The notes beneath the pieces were generated by a model, which worked only from the letters and a program-made list of their open reading frames with translations, searched no databases and was not told the DNA's origin. From positions 87,978,001 to 88,042,000 of the forward strand of contig OX597824.1 in the NCBI GenBank assembly GCA_951406725.2: a stretch of 64,000 nt of DNA, in the 5' to 3' direction. The translations under genes and the position numbers were made by a program. This stretch comes from Octopus vulgaris (taxonomy: Eukaryota). Each line of letters begins with the position of its first letter. Position 1 is the stretch's first letter. Of the stretch, positions 46,621 to 62,321 are shown piece after piece.

Positions 46621-48940
46621 TTTTTTTTAGCAAGATACCATACTGCAGCCAGCTTGTTTGGGGATATTTTTTGAGATGTAATTAAATATTTTTTGCGTTG
46701 CAACTGTTGTGCATTTTGAGTGTGTTGCATCTACAAAAAAATCCCACCGCTGCTACTAAACGAAATGACACGTTATTATGAAGATCTAATACAATGCTTC
46801 TCGTATTTTCCCACAAGTCACCCATCCATAACATACATACAGCTAAAACACTTGAAGGCTCCTCAAAATTTTGCTCTTACATTATAAATGAAAGGGAGTG
46901 GCTGTTTAATTGAATTTAATACGGATGTTAGGAGTTTTACTATTTTAGTTATCAAGCTAGATTTTTATTAAATCGAATAAAACAGAAACAATTATGATTG
47001 CCTGTTAATATGATTAATAAGAATAGAAATATCACACAGCATTTATCGATGCAATTCTTGTGGCTGACGATCAGCAGCAAGTTTTGCAATATTTCGTTCC
47101 AAATTTCATAAAAGTCATAAGTCTTCGCATTGACCTGCTTTCATTTGGTTTCTATTCTCGGCAAAATTTTCATTTACTGCATTTATCCTTTTTCCCCAGC
47201 ATAAACGAGGATTGGAAAGCAATAAAAAAAAAGAGCTTTCACATTATTTCGCACCAAAGGATGCCACTGCATTGCGTCCACATTCCACACGGGCTTTTAT
47301 TTTCAAAATAAAATCACCTCTTTTGTCTCTTAATTTTGTGAATCAATGATAGTCTCCTCTATGAGGAAGTGCAGAAAGGTTCCTGGCTTTTTGGTAAAAA
47401 AAAAATACAAGAGAATCAGTTAATTATGATTTTATCCAACATATTCCCCTCTCAGATTCACACAGTCCAAATGGTGTTTTTTACGTCTTTACGTAGAGCA
47501 TTCTTCAGCCACATATGGAATTTTTTAAATTAAATTGACAATGTTCATTATTATACTTATTCCATTTGCCAACATTACAAAGAGGGTAGGTATATAGACA
47601 GAGGGGTGAATTTCATCAGGAAAAACATGGTTGTAGAAGACCTTAGTTTATGGGCAGAATTTTTATCCCTGAGTTCACTTTGTTATTTTGATTTACCAAT
47701 GGGGAGAGGGTTTTCCTAATTCTTCTGTCCCTCTGCCTCAACCTCTCTCTCTCTTCTCTCCCCACGTGACCGGTGTTCGGCCAAGCCTGATCTCTCTTTC
47801 TTGGTTCAGCTGTCATCCCTGCAACATCTATATTCCTCCCTGTGCCTGTGAAATCTTGTATCCCTGCCATAAGGCTTTACTTCCACACATGCCAGCTTAG
47901 TCAAAAGACACCTGTTGTCATGTCCTGTTATTTGTATTTGTGTAACATTCTCCGTTTTTTTTCCCTTCCTTGTTTTCATATACATTAACTGCTTTCTTCC
48001 AAGGAATCTAATGCTCTTAGCTTAGTTTTTCCTTGGGGCTGGCCAGATTGGAGCAATCTCGAGTATAACCAGCCAAAATTGCAAAGATAATCTGGAACTT
48101 GACTGAGGAATGAAAACTCCAAATGACCCGTCCTTGTTTTCTTTGTATCATCTATCTGGATGTTGTGTTGTCCCTTTTTTGTATCACCTGTCTGGATGTT
48201 TTGTGTAATGATTATTTCATTATTATATATAGGCGCAGGAGTGGCTGTGTGGTAAGTAGCTTGCTAACCAACCACACGGTTGCGGGTTCAGTCCCACTGC
48301 GTGGCATCTTGAGCAAGTGTCTTCTACTATAGCCCCGGGCCGACCAATGCCTTGTGAGTGGATTTGGTAGACGGAAACTGAAAGAAGCCTGTCGTATATA
48401 TGTATATATATGTATATGTGTGTGTTTGTGTGTCTGTGTTTGTGTTTGTCCCCCTAGCATTGCTTGACAACCGATGCTGGTGTGTTTATGTCCCCGTCAC
48501 TTAGCGGTTCGGCAAAAAGAGACCGATAGAATAAGTACTAAAAGGTGGTGCTCCAGCATGGCCGCAGTCAAATGACTGAAACAAGTAAAAGAGTAAAAGA
48601 GAGAGTATGATGATAATTTATATATAACTGAACCTTAATTGATGCAGCCAGCTGTTGGTGCGTCACTCCAGATGCTTCCATAGTCAGCCATTTGACAACA
48701 TCCAGGGCTAGATAGATTACAACTGTGCCAACCTGCTATGCATGACAGAGAACACAACATACATGTGTACACACACAGCTGACACACGTCAACCATGGCT
48801 AACATCCATCCAAAAGAAGCAAATGCTCTTTTTTTCTAGAAAAACGTTGTAATTTTTCACCGTTTCATTTTGGTTGTTTTTATTAGCATGAGCCTGCCAA
48901 GGTCTATGTATACTCCACCATAACAGAAGCTATGTCTGAA

Positions 48941-49356
48941 GGTGGAGAGCTGGCAGAAGCGTTAGCGCGCCGGGCGAAATACTTAGTGGTGTTTCGTCTG
49001 CCGTTACGTTCTGAGTTCAAATTCCGCCGAGGTCGACTTTGCCTTTCATCCTTTCAGGGTCGATAAATTAAGTACCAGTTACACACTAGAGTCGATGTAA
49101 TCGACTTAATCCCTTTGTCTGTCCTTGTTTGTCCCCTCTATATTTAGCCCCTTGTGGGTAGTAAAGAAATAGGTATTTCGTCTGCCATTACGTTCTGAGT
49201 TCAAATTCTGCCACGGTCGACTTTGCCTTTCATCCTTTCGGGGTCAATAAATTAAGTACCAGTTACACACTGGAGTCGATGTAATCGACTTAATCCCTTT
49301 GTCTGTCCTTGTTTGTCCCCTCTATGTTTAGCCCCCTGTGGACAATAAAGAAATAA
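48941..49356 (+). mobile_element. SINE family A (double body)
   Basis: TSD AGAAGCTATGTCTGAAG on both sides. Confidence 0.9.
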
Positions 49357-49483
49357 GAAGCTATGTCTGAAGAATCATCAGTATTTTCTAAATGCAATAA
49401 TCCAAGTGAATCATTCTGACCAATTACATGCCATAATCAGGAATTTCTGATATATTGATCAATGATCTAAAAATACATGCACA

Positions 49484-49579
<96 letters not shown>

Positions 49580-50245
49580 CACTCTCTCACTCTCTCTCTC
49601 TCTCTCTCTCTCACACATATTCGATCTTCTGTGCCACTTCTGTTACATTCACTTTCCTGTAACTTGAATTATGCTCTCGGACACATCTTCCCCACCATTT
49701 CTCTTTTCCAACTGGACTAACCATTTATCTCTCGTTCTGCAACACTCTCGTTCCTGTCCCTCTATCATAGTTTTACCTGTCGTCACTTGGCACAAAGCCA
49801 CTTCCCTCATTACAACAACCTTGTCTTGTTTTGCCAGTTGCCTGGTAACCTCACTGATGTTGGTGCCATGTAAATAGTACTCAGTACTTTCTGTACGGAG
49901 GTTGACATTCAGAAGAGCATCCAGCTGTAGAGGCCATATCAAAACAGACTGTGGAGCTTGGTACAGTCTTCTGCTTCATCAGATCCTGTTGAACTCTCCA
50001 ATCCATGCCAGTATGGTAAATGGACATTAAGTGATCCTGTGACTGCTGATGTGTGTATGTGTGTGTGTGTGTGTGTATATATATATCACTTGACAACCGA
50101 TATATATATATTTTTATTATTTTGCTCATTACTTAATCATTGTTATATGTTTTATCTTATATTTAATCTTTCTATAGGATGTAATTTTTCTAAATGGTAT
50201 AATTTAAGTTTTCATTATTAAATTGATAAAAGGTGGTTTTTTCTA

Positions 50246-50281
<36 letters not shown>

Positions 50282-51545
50282 CCTCGGGTTGACCAAAGCC
50301 TTGTGAGTGGATTTGGTAGACGCAAACTGAAAGAAGCCTGTCGTGTATATATATACATACATATATGTGTGTGTGTGTGTGTGTGTGTGTTTGCATATGT
50401 ATGTGTGTGTGTGTATGTTTGTGTGTCTGTGTTTGTACCCCCCAACGTTGCTTGACAACTGATACTAGTATGTTTACGTCCCCGTAACTTAGCAGTTTGG
50501 CAAAAGTGACCGATAGAATAAGCACTAGGCTTCCAAAGAATAAGTCTTGGGGTCGATTTGCTCGAGTAAAGGCAGTGCTCCAGCATGGCCACAGTCAAAT
50601 GACTGAAACAAGTAAAAGAATAAAAGAATATATATATATATAGGCGCAGGAGTGGCTGTGTGGTAAGTAGCTTGCTAACCAACCACATGGTTCCGGGTTC
50701 AGTCCCACTGCGTGGCATCTTGGGCAGGTGTCTTCTGTTATAGCCCCGGGCCAACCAAAGCCTTGTGAGTGGATTTGGTAGACGGAAACTGAAAGAAGCC
50801 CGTCGTATATATGTATATATGTGTATGTGTGTGTGTTTGTGTGTTTCTGTCTGTCATCCCAATATCACTTGATAACCGATGCTGGTGTGTTTACGTTCCC
50901 GTCACTTAGCGGTTCGGCAAAAGAGACCGATAGAATAAGTACTGGGCTTACAAAGAATAAGTCTTGGGGTCGATTTGCTCAACTAAATGCAGTGCTCCAG
51001 CATGGCCACAGTCATCGTTGGTTCATAGGGTTACCCAGGGTTTTGCATCCGTAAAGTGCTTCTCGTTACACACGTCTCATCAGACTCTACTGGCTGGTCT
51101 ATTACTTAGAGTATACTCTCAGATTTATGATTTACTAATGGTGTGTGTGTGTTTAGGTGTTTGGGCTAATTTTGATGATTTTTGATGTCTCCTTTTTTCA
51201 GAAACAGCTTGATGAATTGGTGGACAGTCGATGGCATTGGGGGAGCATAATGATTAAAGTTGTAGTTGAGAAAAGTTTAGTTGGTTATGGAGGACTGGAA
51301 GAGTTCTGAATATTACTCTTTTACTCTTTTACTTGTTTCAGTCATTTGACTGTGGCCATGCTGGAGCACCACCTTTAGTCGAGCAAATCGACCCCAAGAC
51401 TTATTCTTTGTAAGCCTACTACTTATTTTATCAGTCTCTTTTGCCGAACCGCTAAGTGACAGGGACGTAAACACACCAGCATCAGTTGTCAAGCGATGTT
51501 GTGGGGGACAAACACAGACACACAAACGTATACACACACACATAC

Positions 51546-51582
<37 letters not shown>

Positions 51583-51909
51583 TATATACGATGAGCTTCT
51601 TTCAGTTTCCGTCTACTAAATCAACTCACAAGGCTGTGGTCAGCCTGAGGGTATAGTAGAAGACTCTTGCCCAAGGTGCCATGCAGTGGGACTGAACCCG
51701 GAACCATGTGGTTGGTAAGCAAGCTACTTACCACAGAGCCATTCCTGGAAAAGATTTAGCTGTATCTTTAGGATTCACCCCTGGTATCAAAATGCAAGTA
51801 TCACCGCTGTATGGTGTGACATGGATTGCTGCAATGGAGCCATCAAAGCCATAACCAGCAGGAAGGGACACAGCAGGCATTCTGACTTGTATCCACATAC
51901 TGGAATTCG

Positions 51910-52475
51910 CTGGATTGTCCAGAAAGTTTGTGCCGATTTTTAAATGAAAGAAAAAGGTCAATAAATACTTGCCATTACATTTTTAATCAACCAAATATGA
52001 ACCATTTTGTTGCACAATGCATCTCCATCTCTCCTTTAACTTGAAAATACCCTCTTCCCAGAATTGAGGTGGTTTCATGGCAAAGAATTCATCAAGGTAT
52101 CTTTTTACATCATCCAAGGAATTGAAATTTTTACTATTAAGACTATTCTGCAGAGACCTGAATAAGTGAAAATCTGAAGGAGCAAATTCTGGTGAATATG
52201 GAGGGTGGGGTAACACATCCCAGCCGAGCTGCAGCAATTTTTGTCTGGTTCCCAAAGTATCAAGTGCCGAAAATGAACTTTCTTATCTTCCATTTTAAAA
52301 GGTTACAGAATTAACACAGGTGATAGGAACATAAACCTTCTTCCACGAAAAGATAGCTTAAACTGTGCTGTAAATAGAGGTGTAGTTAAATCCTATTTTA
52401 TGAACTCAACCATGTTCTAAAATAAGTCGAAAGGTAAGCTACTATAAATCGACACAAACTTTCCGGACAACCCAA
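51910..52475 (-). mobile_element. Internally deleted mariner (DD34D-type) transposon
   Basis: TIRs TGGATTGTCCAGAAAGTTTGTGCCGATTT / AAATCGACACAAACTTTCCGGACAACCCAA|TA; MEDKKVHFRHLI fused to LGWDVLPHPPYSPEFAPSDFHLFRSLQN..WRCIVQQNGSY. Confidence 0.9.
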
Positions 52476-52599
52476 TATATATATATTTCAGCCACTGGTC
52501 ATTCGGACACATAAGAGAGCTAAAAACAACCACGAGGATTCTGTTTAGACCGGTAAGAAACAATTATGAACTTTTTTATTACACTTAACTTTTTAAAAT

Positions 52600-52647
52600 A
52601 TTTTTGATAAGGTTCGTTTTTTCAAGAAGAACCGAAACATGTAAAAT
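52600..52647 (+). ncRNA. Minimal hammerhead-like motif (U3/A8 core variant)
   Basis: ATTT-TTGATAA-GGTTC..GAACC-GAA-ACATGT-A-AAAT; palindromic stem III. Confidence 0.45.
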
Positions 52648-53236
52648 TACTAAGAAAATTAAAATTTATCTTATATAGTGGCATTTTCAAACTTCTTTTT
52701 TATAAATATATGTATGTATATATATTTTGTTCCTCTTTTTCTCTCTCTTCTCTTCTCACTTGACCGTTGGCCGACTGCTAGCCCTTTTGTGTTTGACTGT
52801 GGTCACTGCCACATATTTTTCCCTCTGCCATAAAGCTTCATTTCCATACATGCCAGCTGAATTCAATTCATCCCCAGTCGAAAGACGCCTGTTGTTATGT
52901 CCTGTTATTATTATTATTGTTGTTTTTTTATTGTATTTTTGTACTTATATTCGTGTAACATCGTCTGTTTTTCCGTCCTTGTTTCGTATACATTCGATGC
53001 TTTTTTCCAAGGAATCTAATGCTCTTAGCATAGTTTTTCCTTGGGGCTGGCCAGATTGGAGCAATCTCAAGATTAATCAGCCAAAATTGTGAGGATGATC
53101 CGGTTCTTGACTGAAGATAAAAGGCTTCGAATGACCCATCCGTGTTTTTTTGTATCGTCTATCTGGATGTTTTGTTGTCCCTTTTTGCATCACCTAGTTG
53201 TCCGGATGTTTTGCGTTTTTTTCCCATTTTGTATTC

Positions 53237-53268
<32 letters not shown>

Positions 53269-53837
53269 GAATACAAAATGGGACAATATCCAAATGGGAC
53301 AATATCCAAAGGTCTCGGTCACCAAGGAAATGACTAGTGACCGAGATCTTTGGAAATATGCTGTGTGTGAGAAAACCAGGCAAGCCATGCCAGGGGATGT
53401 AACCAGCCCACTTATGCGTACCTTTTCCTCCTTTGGACACTAAAACTCTGCTTGCAAAGACCTGTTGAGGCAAGTGAAATCAATCAATCAATCAAAATCA
53501 AAATCAAATTCGATGACTGGCATCCGTGCTAGCGGGGTGCAAAGAGCACCATACAAGCGTGATCATTGACAGTGCAGCTAACTGGCTTCCGTGCCAGTAG
53601 CACTTAAAGGGCACCATTCGAGCATGATCGTTACCAAAGTCACCTTCTGGCACCTGTGCTGGTGGCATGTGTAAAAGGATTCGAGTGAGGCCGTTGCCAG
53701 TACAATGAGTGAAAAATAAGTAAACATATAATGAGAGACATGTACTGGACAAAATACCATAAGAAGTCTAACCCCTCCGCAGATGTTGACAGTTTATTAC
53801 TCCTTAGAGAGAGAGAGGAAGACAGACACACAGGTAA

Positions 53838-53891
<54 letters not shown>

Positions 53892-55055
53892 GGATGGATA
53901 GGTAGGTAGGTAGGTTGGTAAACAGATCTGAATATCAATAGATATTTTGGGAGAGATCAGTTATTCTGTTGTGTTTCAGACACAAAAATGAAATGCCAAC
54001 AGATTGGTCTGATCACCATTTAAGAAAGACAAGTATGCATTTAAAAAAAAAAAAAAAGAAACCATTTTGTGGAATCAAAACTCTTACACAGTTTCAGTTG
54101 TTTCATGTAATTTTTTTTTTTATTTTCCAGAAACTAATAATGTAAATATATAACAAATTTCAAATACCAACAATTTTCGTTAATTATTTAATTTTTTTTT
54201 TTCATTTCTTTTAAATCTCAACAAAATTTATTTTTTAAAAAAAGGAGAAAAGAATTAAAATGCAAAGAAATAATTTTTATTTCACCTTGGAATGCTCACA
54301 AGTATTAATAAATAGTTGAGATTCGTGTTTTCTTTTCTTCATCTTTTTCACTCAGACTTATATAGCTCCATCAAGATTTTTATTTTTTTATTTTTTGTTT
54401 TTGTTTTTTTTTTTTGACTAACATTAGATGATCTCAAATGAACGAAGTAAAGATCACAAACATAAAATTTCAATGTCTATATTTCAATGTCATTTTTTTT
54501 TGTTTTGTTTTGTCTTTTTTTATTTTTGCTTTTTTTTTCTGTGAAACCAAGAGCTTTTGATATTTAATATTTAATTATGATATACCTGAAAATCTATCTT
54601 ATACCTTTTATCAGTCGAGGCTGCGACTTCAACCTTTTTTCTTTTTCATCTGTCAAGCACATTCGTGCACATTGCTTGCACATACACTCATACACACGCA
54701 TACACACATGCACTCGTTCATACGCACACATTTACACTCATGCATACACACACATACTCAGAAGAATGACTGTTTCTTTCTAAACATAAGTCAGATTATT
54801 TTTTCTCAGATTAAAAAATAATATCTCTTTCCTGATTTGTAGACTTTTTTTTTTCTTGTTTCAGAAATAACAAAACAATTTTCAGAGAAATATACTTTCA
54901 AGGTATTATTTCATACAGAAAACTATAATTAAGATATTTCGCTAGGATACCTTGAAATTCTCTATTACAATATCCTGTATTTCATTACTTTAATCAAAAG
55001 CTTTATATATCATAATTGGGTGTATATTTTTTTTGTTGAATAAAATCGCTTCAAC

Positions 55056-55117
<62 letters not shown>

Positions 55118-55217
55118 TTATAATGCAGTTTATGATAATAAGTTTGTTAAATGCAAAAGCTTTTAATGAAGGGAGCAGTCTGAAAAAAACAGTTGACATT
55201 TTTCCTGCTTTGAATCC

Positions 55218-55219
<2 letters not shown>

Positions 55220-55271
<52 letters not shown>

Positions 55272-55346
55272 GTATGTATATATATGTGTATATATATACA
55301 TATATGTATATAAATAAATATATATATCTCATACATACATACATGC

Positions 55347-55379
<33 letters not shown>

Positions 55380-55438
55380 CATATATATGCATACATTCAT
55401 ATATATATATATACATATATATATGTATGTATTTATAT

Positions 55439-55483
<45 letters not shown>

Positions 55484-55541
55484 GCATATATTCATATATA
55501 TATACATATATATATATGTATGTATTTATATTATGTATACA

Positions 55542-55590
<49 letters not shown>

Positions 55591-55600
55591 GCAAGTATAC

Positions 55601-55632
<32 letters not shown>

Positions 55633-56355
55633 TCATGTGTGTATGTATGTGTGTATGCATGTATGTATGTATGTATGTATGTATGTATGTAGTTATATGT
55701 ATATGCAATCATAAATCCCTTCGTGGCCTTAATTTCAATTGCTTTCAATTGAAGTCGAACATCTTAGAATAGTTTTAGTAGTAAGATTAATACCAAAGAA
55801 AGTTTATTGTTATAAAAGATTTTCGTTTTTGTCTGATTTTGAAGAGTTTATATTTATTTTGAAAAAAAAATGAAATTACTTTCACCACTTCACCTTCTCC
55901 AGAGTAATTTCGACCGTTCTTTCATTGGTTCCAAGTGAACAATTATTATTTCTCTATATTCAAAAGCAATTGGTTGATTGGTTGGTAATTAAATTGGTTG
56001 GTTGTTTGTTTGATTGGTCAGTTGAATTATTCTAAAAACACTTGTAATTTATAATTATGCACACTTTACTTTTCACTAAAATTATATTAATAAACATTTT
56101 TTATTTATTTTTTTTTTTTTGGTGGGGGGATAAATAATTATGTCATTATGAAATAATTAATTATTTCTTTTACTTAACGAGAACCATAGCATAACTTCCT
56201 TACTTCATGAATAAACAAATTTTCTGTCAGCTGTTCAACAAAGGCAAGTATGAAAAAATATTCATAAATAAAAACTGTATTTTTTTAATATATTTATATA
56301 TTATACTTTTACGCAATACAAGTGTTTATATATGTGTATATATATAAATAAATAA

Positions 56356-56391
<36 letters not shown>

Positions 56392-57007
56392 TTATAGATA
56401 TAGATATATTTATATATATATGTTTATTTATCTTTCAAAGATATTTTTTTTGACTGATTGACATTCTTTTGTTTGTTTCTTTATGTTATATATATATATT
56501 TTTTTTCTTTTCTCAATTTCACTTTTAGAAACCGAATAAAAAAAAATAAAAATTATAATCCAGTTTGCAGTTTACTAATCAACAACCCACTGATAAATAA
56601 ATATACTGTAGACAATCATTGTTATGTATGTGTGAATGCATCTATATAGATGTGTGTATGTATATGTATCTGTGTGTGTATGTATGTTTATAAATATATA
56701 TATTTATAATATATAATGTATATATATATATATAATATATATTAAATATATATATAATATGATGTATATATATATATATGTATATATAATATATATACTC
56801 ATATATAAATATATATATATATATATCTACATATATATATATACATACATATATATATGTACACACACATATACATACATAATGCATTTTTTGTGTATAT
56901 ATGTATACACACATACGTGCACACACACACTATAATAAACATTTATTTATGTATTTGTCTCATATGTATGTATGTGTGTGTATGTATATGTATATATATA
57001 TACATAC

Positions 57008-57060
<53 letters not shown>

Positions 57061-57082
57061 TGTACATGAGTATATATATACA

Positions 57083-57152
<70 letters not shown>

Positions 57153-57890
57153 AGTAGATGTATGCATGAGTAAATATGCAATTTCACATGTAGATAGTGT
57201 GTATATAAATAAATCTATGAGTAACACAAATGCAAATATTAACATTTCAAAATGTTTAAAAAAAAAACAAATAATCAAAGCTGCACATATGAAGTGAAAT
57301 AAATAGGAATCAGAGGAATGGTCACTGTTGGATTTTCTTTGATTCATAAAGTCTAGCAATGAAAGAAATTTACAGAAAATTGCAAAATACCATAAAAAAA
57401 AAATAATTAAAAATTATTTTTGTTTTTGTTTGTTTCTTGTTTTTTCCTCTCACCCCCCTCCATCCCGTATATGGAACATATTTTGGTATATGTTATTGTT
57501 ACTGCTATTTGCCTGGTCCTTATTTCTTCCAAGACATTCGGTTTTCAAAAAAAAAAGATGTAACATAAACATGTCATCTATTTAGTTCACTCAGAGTGAA
57601 TTTTATTGATTGTAGTTGTTTGTAACAAAAAACTTCTTTTTTTTTAAATGTTTGTAAGTAAAGGGGGGGGGGATGGGGTTAAAAAAAAGCAAAACAAAAA
57701 AAACTTCCCAAAATATGTGAAAAAAAATGTAAACATAGTCGCAAAAAAACACAACAAAATTATGGTGAATTTTTTTTTTGCTTATAATTAAGATTTGAGA
57801 AATTATTGGTAGGATGTATGGAAGAATATTGTTGGTTGTTGTCTCCTTCTTTCAGTTCTTATAATACAAGCACATACACATACATGTATA

Positions 57891-57934
<44 letters not shown>

Positions 57935-58025
57935 CACATACTTATATGGATATATGTATATATATATACATACACACACATACTTATATGGATATATGAA
58001 TATATATATATATATGCATAAATAC

Positions 58026-58070
<45 letters not shown>

Positions 58071-58173
58071 TATATATGTATACACACATATGTGTGTATA
58101 TATATATATATACATACACAATATGCACATTTATATATATATATGTATATATGTGTATATATATATGTGTATA

Positions 58174-58225
<52 letters not shown>

Positions 58226-58811
58226 GTATGTATATATATGATATATATATTTGTGTGTGCACGTGCATGTGTGGGTATGTGCTCTCCCATCAAAAGTCTA
58301 TTAGGACTCTTCGTTTAGACGTCCCAATTTCGACCCCGTGAGAAATTGGATTTTGCTCTTGTTCGTTTGTCATATTAAGATTTAAATTTAATTAGTTTGA
58401 TTAAAATTTTGTCAGATCAGTTATCGTTATCATTGATTGAAAAGGTGACTAAGACAACTAGTAGAACTAAGAGAAAGCTGCATTGTAACATGGGAACAAC
58501 TCTACAAGATTCTACCAAAATTAACAGCAATTTAGTTTGGTTTGGTTTGGTTGATATTTTTTTTTCCTCTGGTTAAAAAAAAAAAAAAGAACCAGAAATG
58601 ATAAAAATAAAAATAAAAGTAAATGAAAGGTTGAAATTAAATGACTTTGAATAAGATCCATTAATTAACACACAGTTCTAATTATATAACAATACGTTTC
58701 ACATCTCATTTCTGATAAGTCTTTTTTTATCTATATCTGCCTTCATGGTGTGAGTATATATGGGTGTGTGTATGTGTGTGTGTGTGTATGTGTGTGTGTG
58801 TGTGTGTGATA

Positions 58812-58861
<50 letters not shown>

Positions 58862-58887
58862 TATGTATTGATACGTATACATATGTA

Positions 58888-58931
<44 letters not shown>

Positions 58932-59280
58932 TATGTACACATATGTATAAGTGTATATATATATATATATATATGCATATGTATAGATACGTATACATAT
59001 TTACATATGTATATGTATATAAATATATATCATATATATATGTATACACACACATACATATATTTATATAGATATACATACACATTCTTATATATAATAT
59101 ATGATATATATATATACATATATATATATGCATACATCTGTATGTGCATGTATGTACATGCATGCGTATACATATATACACACACATATGCACACACTTA
59201 TATACACACACACACACACATGCACAAACACATATACACTCACACACGCACACACACACACACACATTCACGCATATGTA
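55220..59280. repeat. Clusters of (TA)n/(TACA)n/(CA)n microsatellites
   Basis: Visible low-complexity runs. Confidence 0.9.
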
Positions 59281-59724
59281 TGAAAGGAAACTGAAGCTAA
59301 TCACAAAATTTAAAGCGTGTACTCTCAGGTATTTCAGTTACAACGACTGAAATTCACAGTCCGTTCTGTCAATTAAAAAAAAAATATATATATAAATAAA
59401 CCAGTAACAACAACAACAACAACAACAACAACAGGTAGCTTTACATTACAAATAATTTTCAGGTTATTATATTTTTTTTTTCTTCTCCTTACAAATATCT
59501 AAAACTTGCTTCACTATGGAAGGCATCATGTATAGATTATCAAAAACGTCTAGTCTTGAGACTGGGGGGGTATTTTGGTTGCGTGGAAAAAGTTGGTAGT
59601 AACAGAAGTAGTAGTTGTAGTAGTAACTGTCTTTTGTCCTTTTAGTAGTAGTAGTAGTAAGTAAGTAATAACAGTGTAAATTAGTGAGTTGCCATTCACC
59701 GATTTAGCCTTTTTTGTGTTCAGA

Positions 59725-60026
59725 CTACGAGTCTGATTCGGAGTCGTTCCCTTCCGCTGCCATTTGGACATCGATTTCAGGTACGTTTTGGATACTCCCT
59801 TCAAGTGTGTGCTCAATAGCAACCTTATAATTGTAGTGGGCTATATAGCGGACCCATTTCTCCGGTGGGGTGGGATTGCCACATGATATTGATCGAATTT
59901 GACATTTGGAAACAGTGCTAGCTGGCATGGTAAACTTCACATCGCTGACCATCTCAAGGGAGTCGGGTATTTCATCGTGGGGTCCTAGGTCGAGTCTCAA
60001 GGTGAAAAGATGAGTTTTGTAAGCAC
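59725..60026 (-). CDS. Stonin / stoned-B-like endocytic adaptor, last coding exon (end of mu-homology domain)
   Basis: ttttccag| acceptor at 60027-28; AYKTHLFTLRLDLGPHDEIP..VKFTMPASTVSKCQIRSISC..PPEKWVRYIAHYNYKVAIE..NDSESDS* resembles the stoned-B C-terminus (FTMPA..RS.S..PPEK.VRY.A...YKV.IE plus acidic Ser tail, from recall); upstream exons outside window. Confidence 0.85.
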
Positions 60027-60704
60027 CTGGAAAATAAATAAATATGTATAAGAAAACAGTTAAATATTTATGTCATTTTTCATTTTATTCATTTTAATAG
60101 CAAAGCCCTTCTTTCCTCGGCCTTCACTCCTCCTTTCCCCAACAGAAGGTATAGGAAATAATCCTTTCTGTTATAGACACAAGGCCTTAAATTTTAGTGG
60201 GACGAAGGGAGAGGGGGAGAAAGAGAGGGAGGGAGAAAGAGAGAGGGGGTGAAAGAGAGAGGGGACAAAGAGAGAGGGGAGAAAGAGAGAGAAAGAAAGA
60301 GGAAGAGAAAGAAAGAGAGAAGGAAGAAAGAAAGAGGGGAGAAGGGGAGAGGAGGAGAAAGGGGAAGCAAGAGAGAGGGAGTAGGGAAAAAGGGAGGAAC
60401 ATTAAATCACCTGATGTCAAATAAGGCAGCATCGAATCAATGATGTCAAACAGGCAAGGCCAAAATGGCCGTGCTAAAATGTCTCATAATGAACAAACTG
60501 CTACAACGTCAGCCTATTGTAAAAATATACAGCTAACTGAATGGGTTGATGGGGCACTAATAAAAAATCCACTTACCAACCACATGGTTCTGGGTTCAGT
60601 CTCACTCCGTGACACCTGGGCAAGTGTCTTCTACTATAGCCTTGGGCCGACCAAAGCCTTGTGAGTGGATTTGGTAGACAGAAACTGAAAGAAGCCCGTC
60701 ATAC

Positions 60705-60749
<45 letters not shown>

Positions 60750-61719
60750 TGTGTGTGTTTGTGTGTTTGTGCATCTGTGTTAGTCCCCCACCATCGTTTG
60801 GCAACCAATGTTGGTGTGTTTTGTGTCCCCATAACTTAGCGGTTTGGCAAAAGTGACCGATAGAATAAGTACCGGGCTTACAAAGAATAAGTCCAGGGGT
60901 TGATTTGTTTGACTAAAGGTGGTGCTCCAGCATGGCCACAGTCGAATGACTGAAACAAATATATGAATAAATAAATAGGAGTGGCTGTGTGGTAAGTAGC
61001 TTGCTAACCAACCACATGGCTCCGGGTTCAGTCCCACTGCGTGGCATCTTGGGCAAGTGTCTTCTGCTATAGCCCCGGGCCGACCAATGCCTTGTGACTG
61101 GATTTGGTAGACGGAAAATGAAAGAAGCCTGTCGTATATATGTATATATATATGTGTGTGTGTGTATGTGTGTGTGTATGTGTGTTTGTCCCCCTAGCAT
61201 TGCTTGACAACCGATGCTGGTGTATTTACGTCCCTGTCACTTAGCAGTTCGGCAAAAGAGACCGATAGAATAAGTACTGGGCTTACAAAGAATAAGTCCC
61301 GGGGTCGATTTGCTCGACTAAAGGCGGTGCTCCAGCATGGCCGCAGTCAAATGACTGAAACAAGTAAAAGATAAAAAGATAAGAAAGATAAATAAACTTG
61401 GTGGCGCTGGTCTGTCACTAAGTTACACTCAGCGGAAAAATTGCACTTTGCACTGCAAGCTCTCAAAATATTAGGAAGTAACTCAACCGTGTCTTCTGGA
61501 AGACATGGGTGGAAGTAGTGAAGGTTGAGCTGAGGATGTTGAATCTGACAAAACAAGATGACAAAGGAATGCTACAAGTTGGAGGATAGGATGATGTGTT
61601 GGAGAGGATGCATCAAACCCATGCAGGCATGAAAAAAACGGAAGTAAAACGGATGATGAAGCGGACGAGATGACAATGCTGACAACAGTTGCAACAATGT
61701 TGATGACGCATACATGTGT

Positions 61720-61784
61720 GCGCATGTACACATATACAAACACAAACACACACACACACAAACACACTCACACACACACAAACA

Positions 61785-61828
<44 letters not shown>

Positions 61829-62281
61829 TACACTCACACACACACAAACACATTCACACACACACTCACACACAAACACACTCACATACACTCACACACA
61901 CACAAGCACACTCACACTCACTCACACACATACACAAATACACACCTATACACACGCACAAACACACACACACATACACACACATACACATACACACACA
62001 CAAACACACACACCTATATACATGCACAAACAGAACACAAAAACACACTCACACACACACAAACACACTCACACACACACAAGCACACTTGCACTCGCAC
62101 ACACACACACACACACACACAAATACACACGTATACACACACACAAACACACACACATACACATACACACACATACACATTCATACAAATATTCACACAC
62201 ACCTATACACATGCACAAAAACACACTCACACACACACAAACACACTCACATACACTCACACACACACACAAGCACACTTG

Positions 62282-62321
<40 letters not shown>

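Noticed and set aside
48095-48135. CTGAGGA..CAAA and CTGAAGA..CGAA (53110) as hammerheads
   Set aside because: No convincing stem II or GAAA core could be drawn
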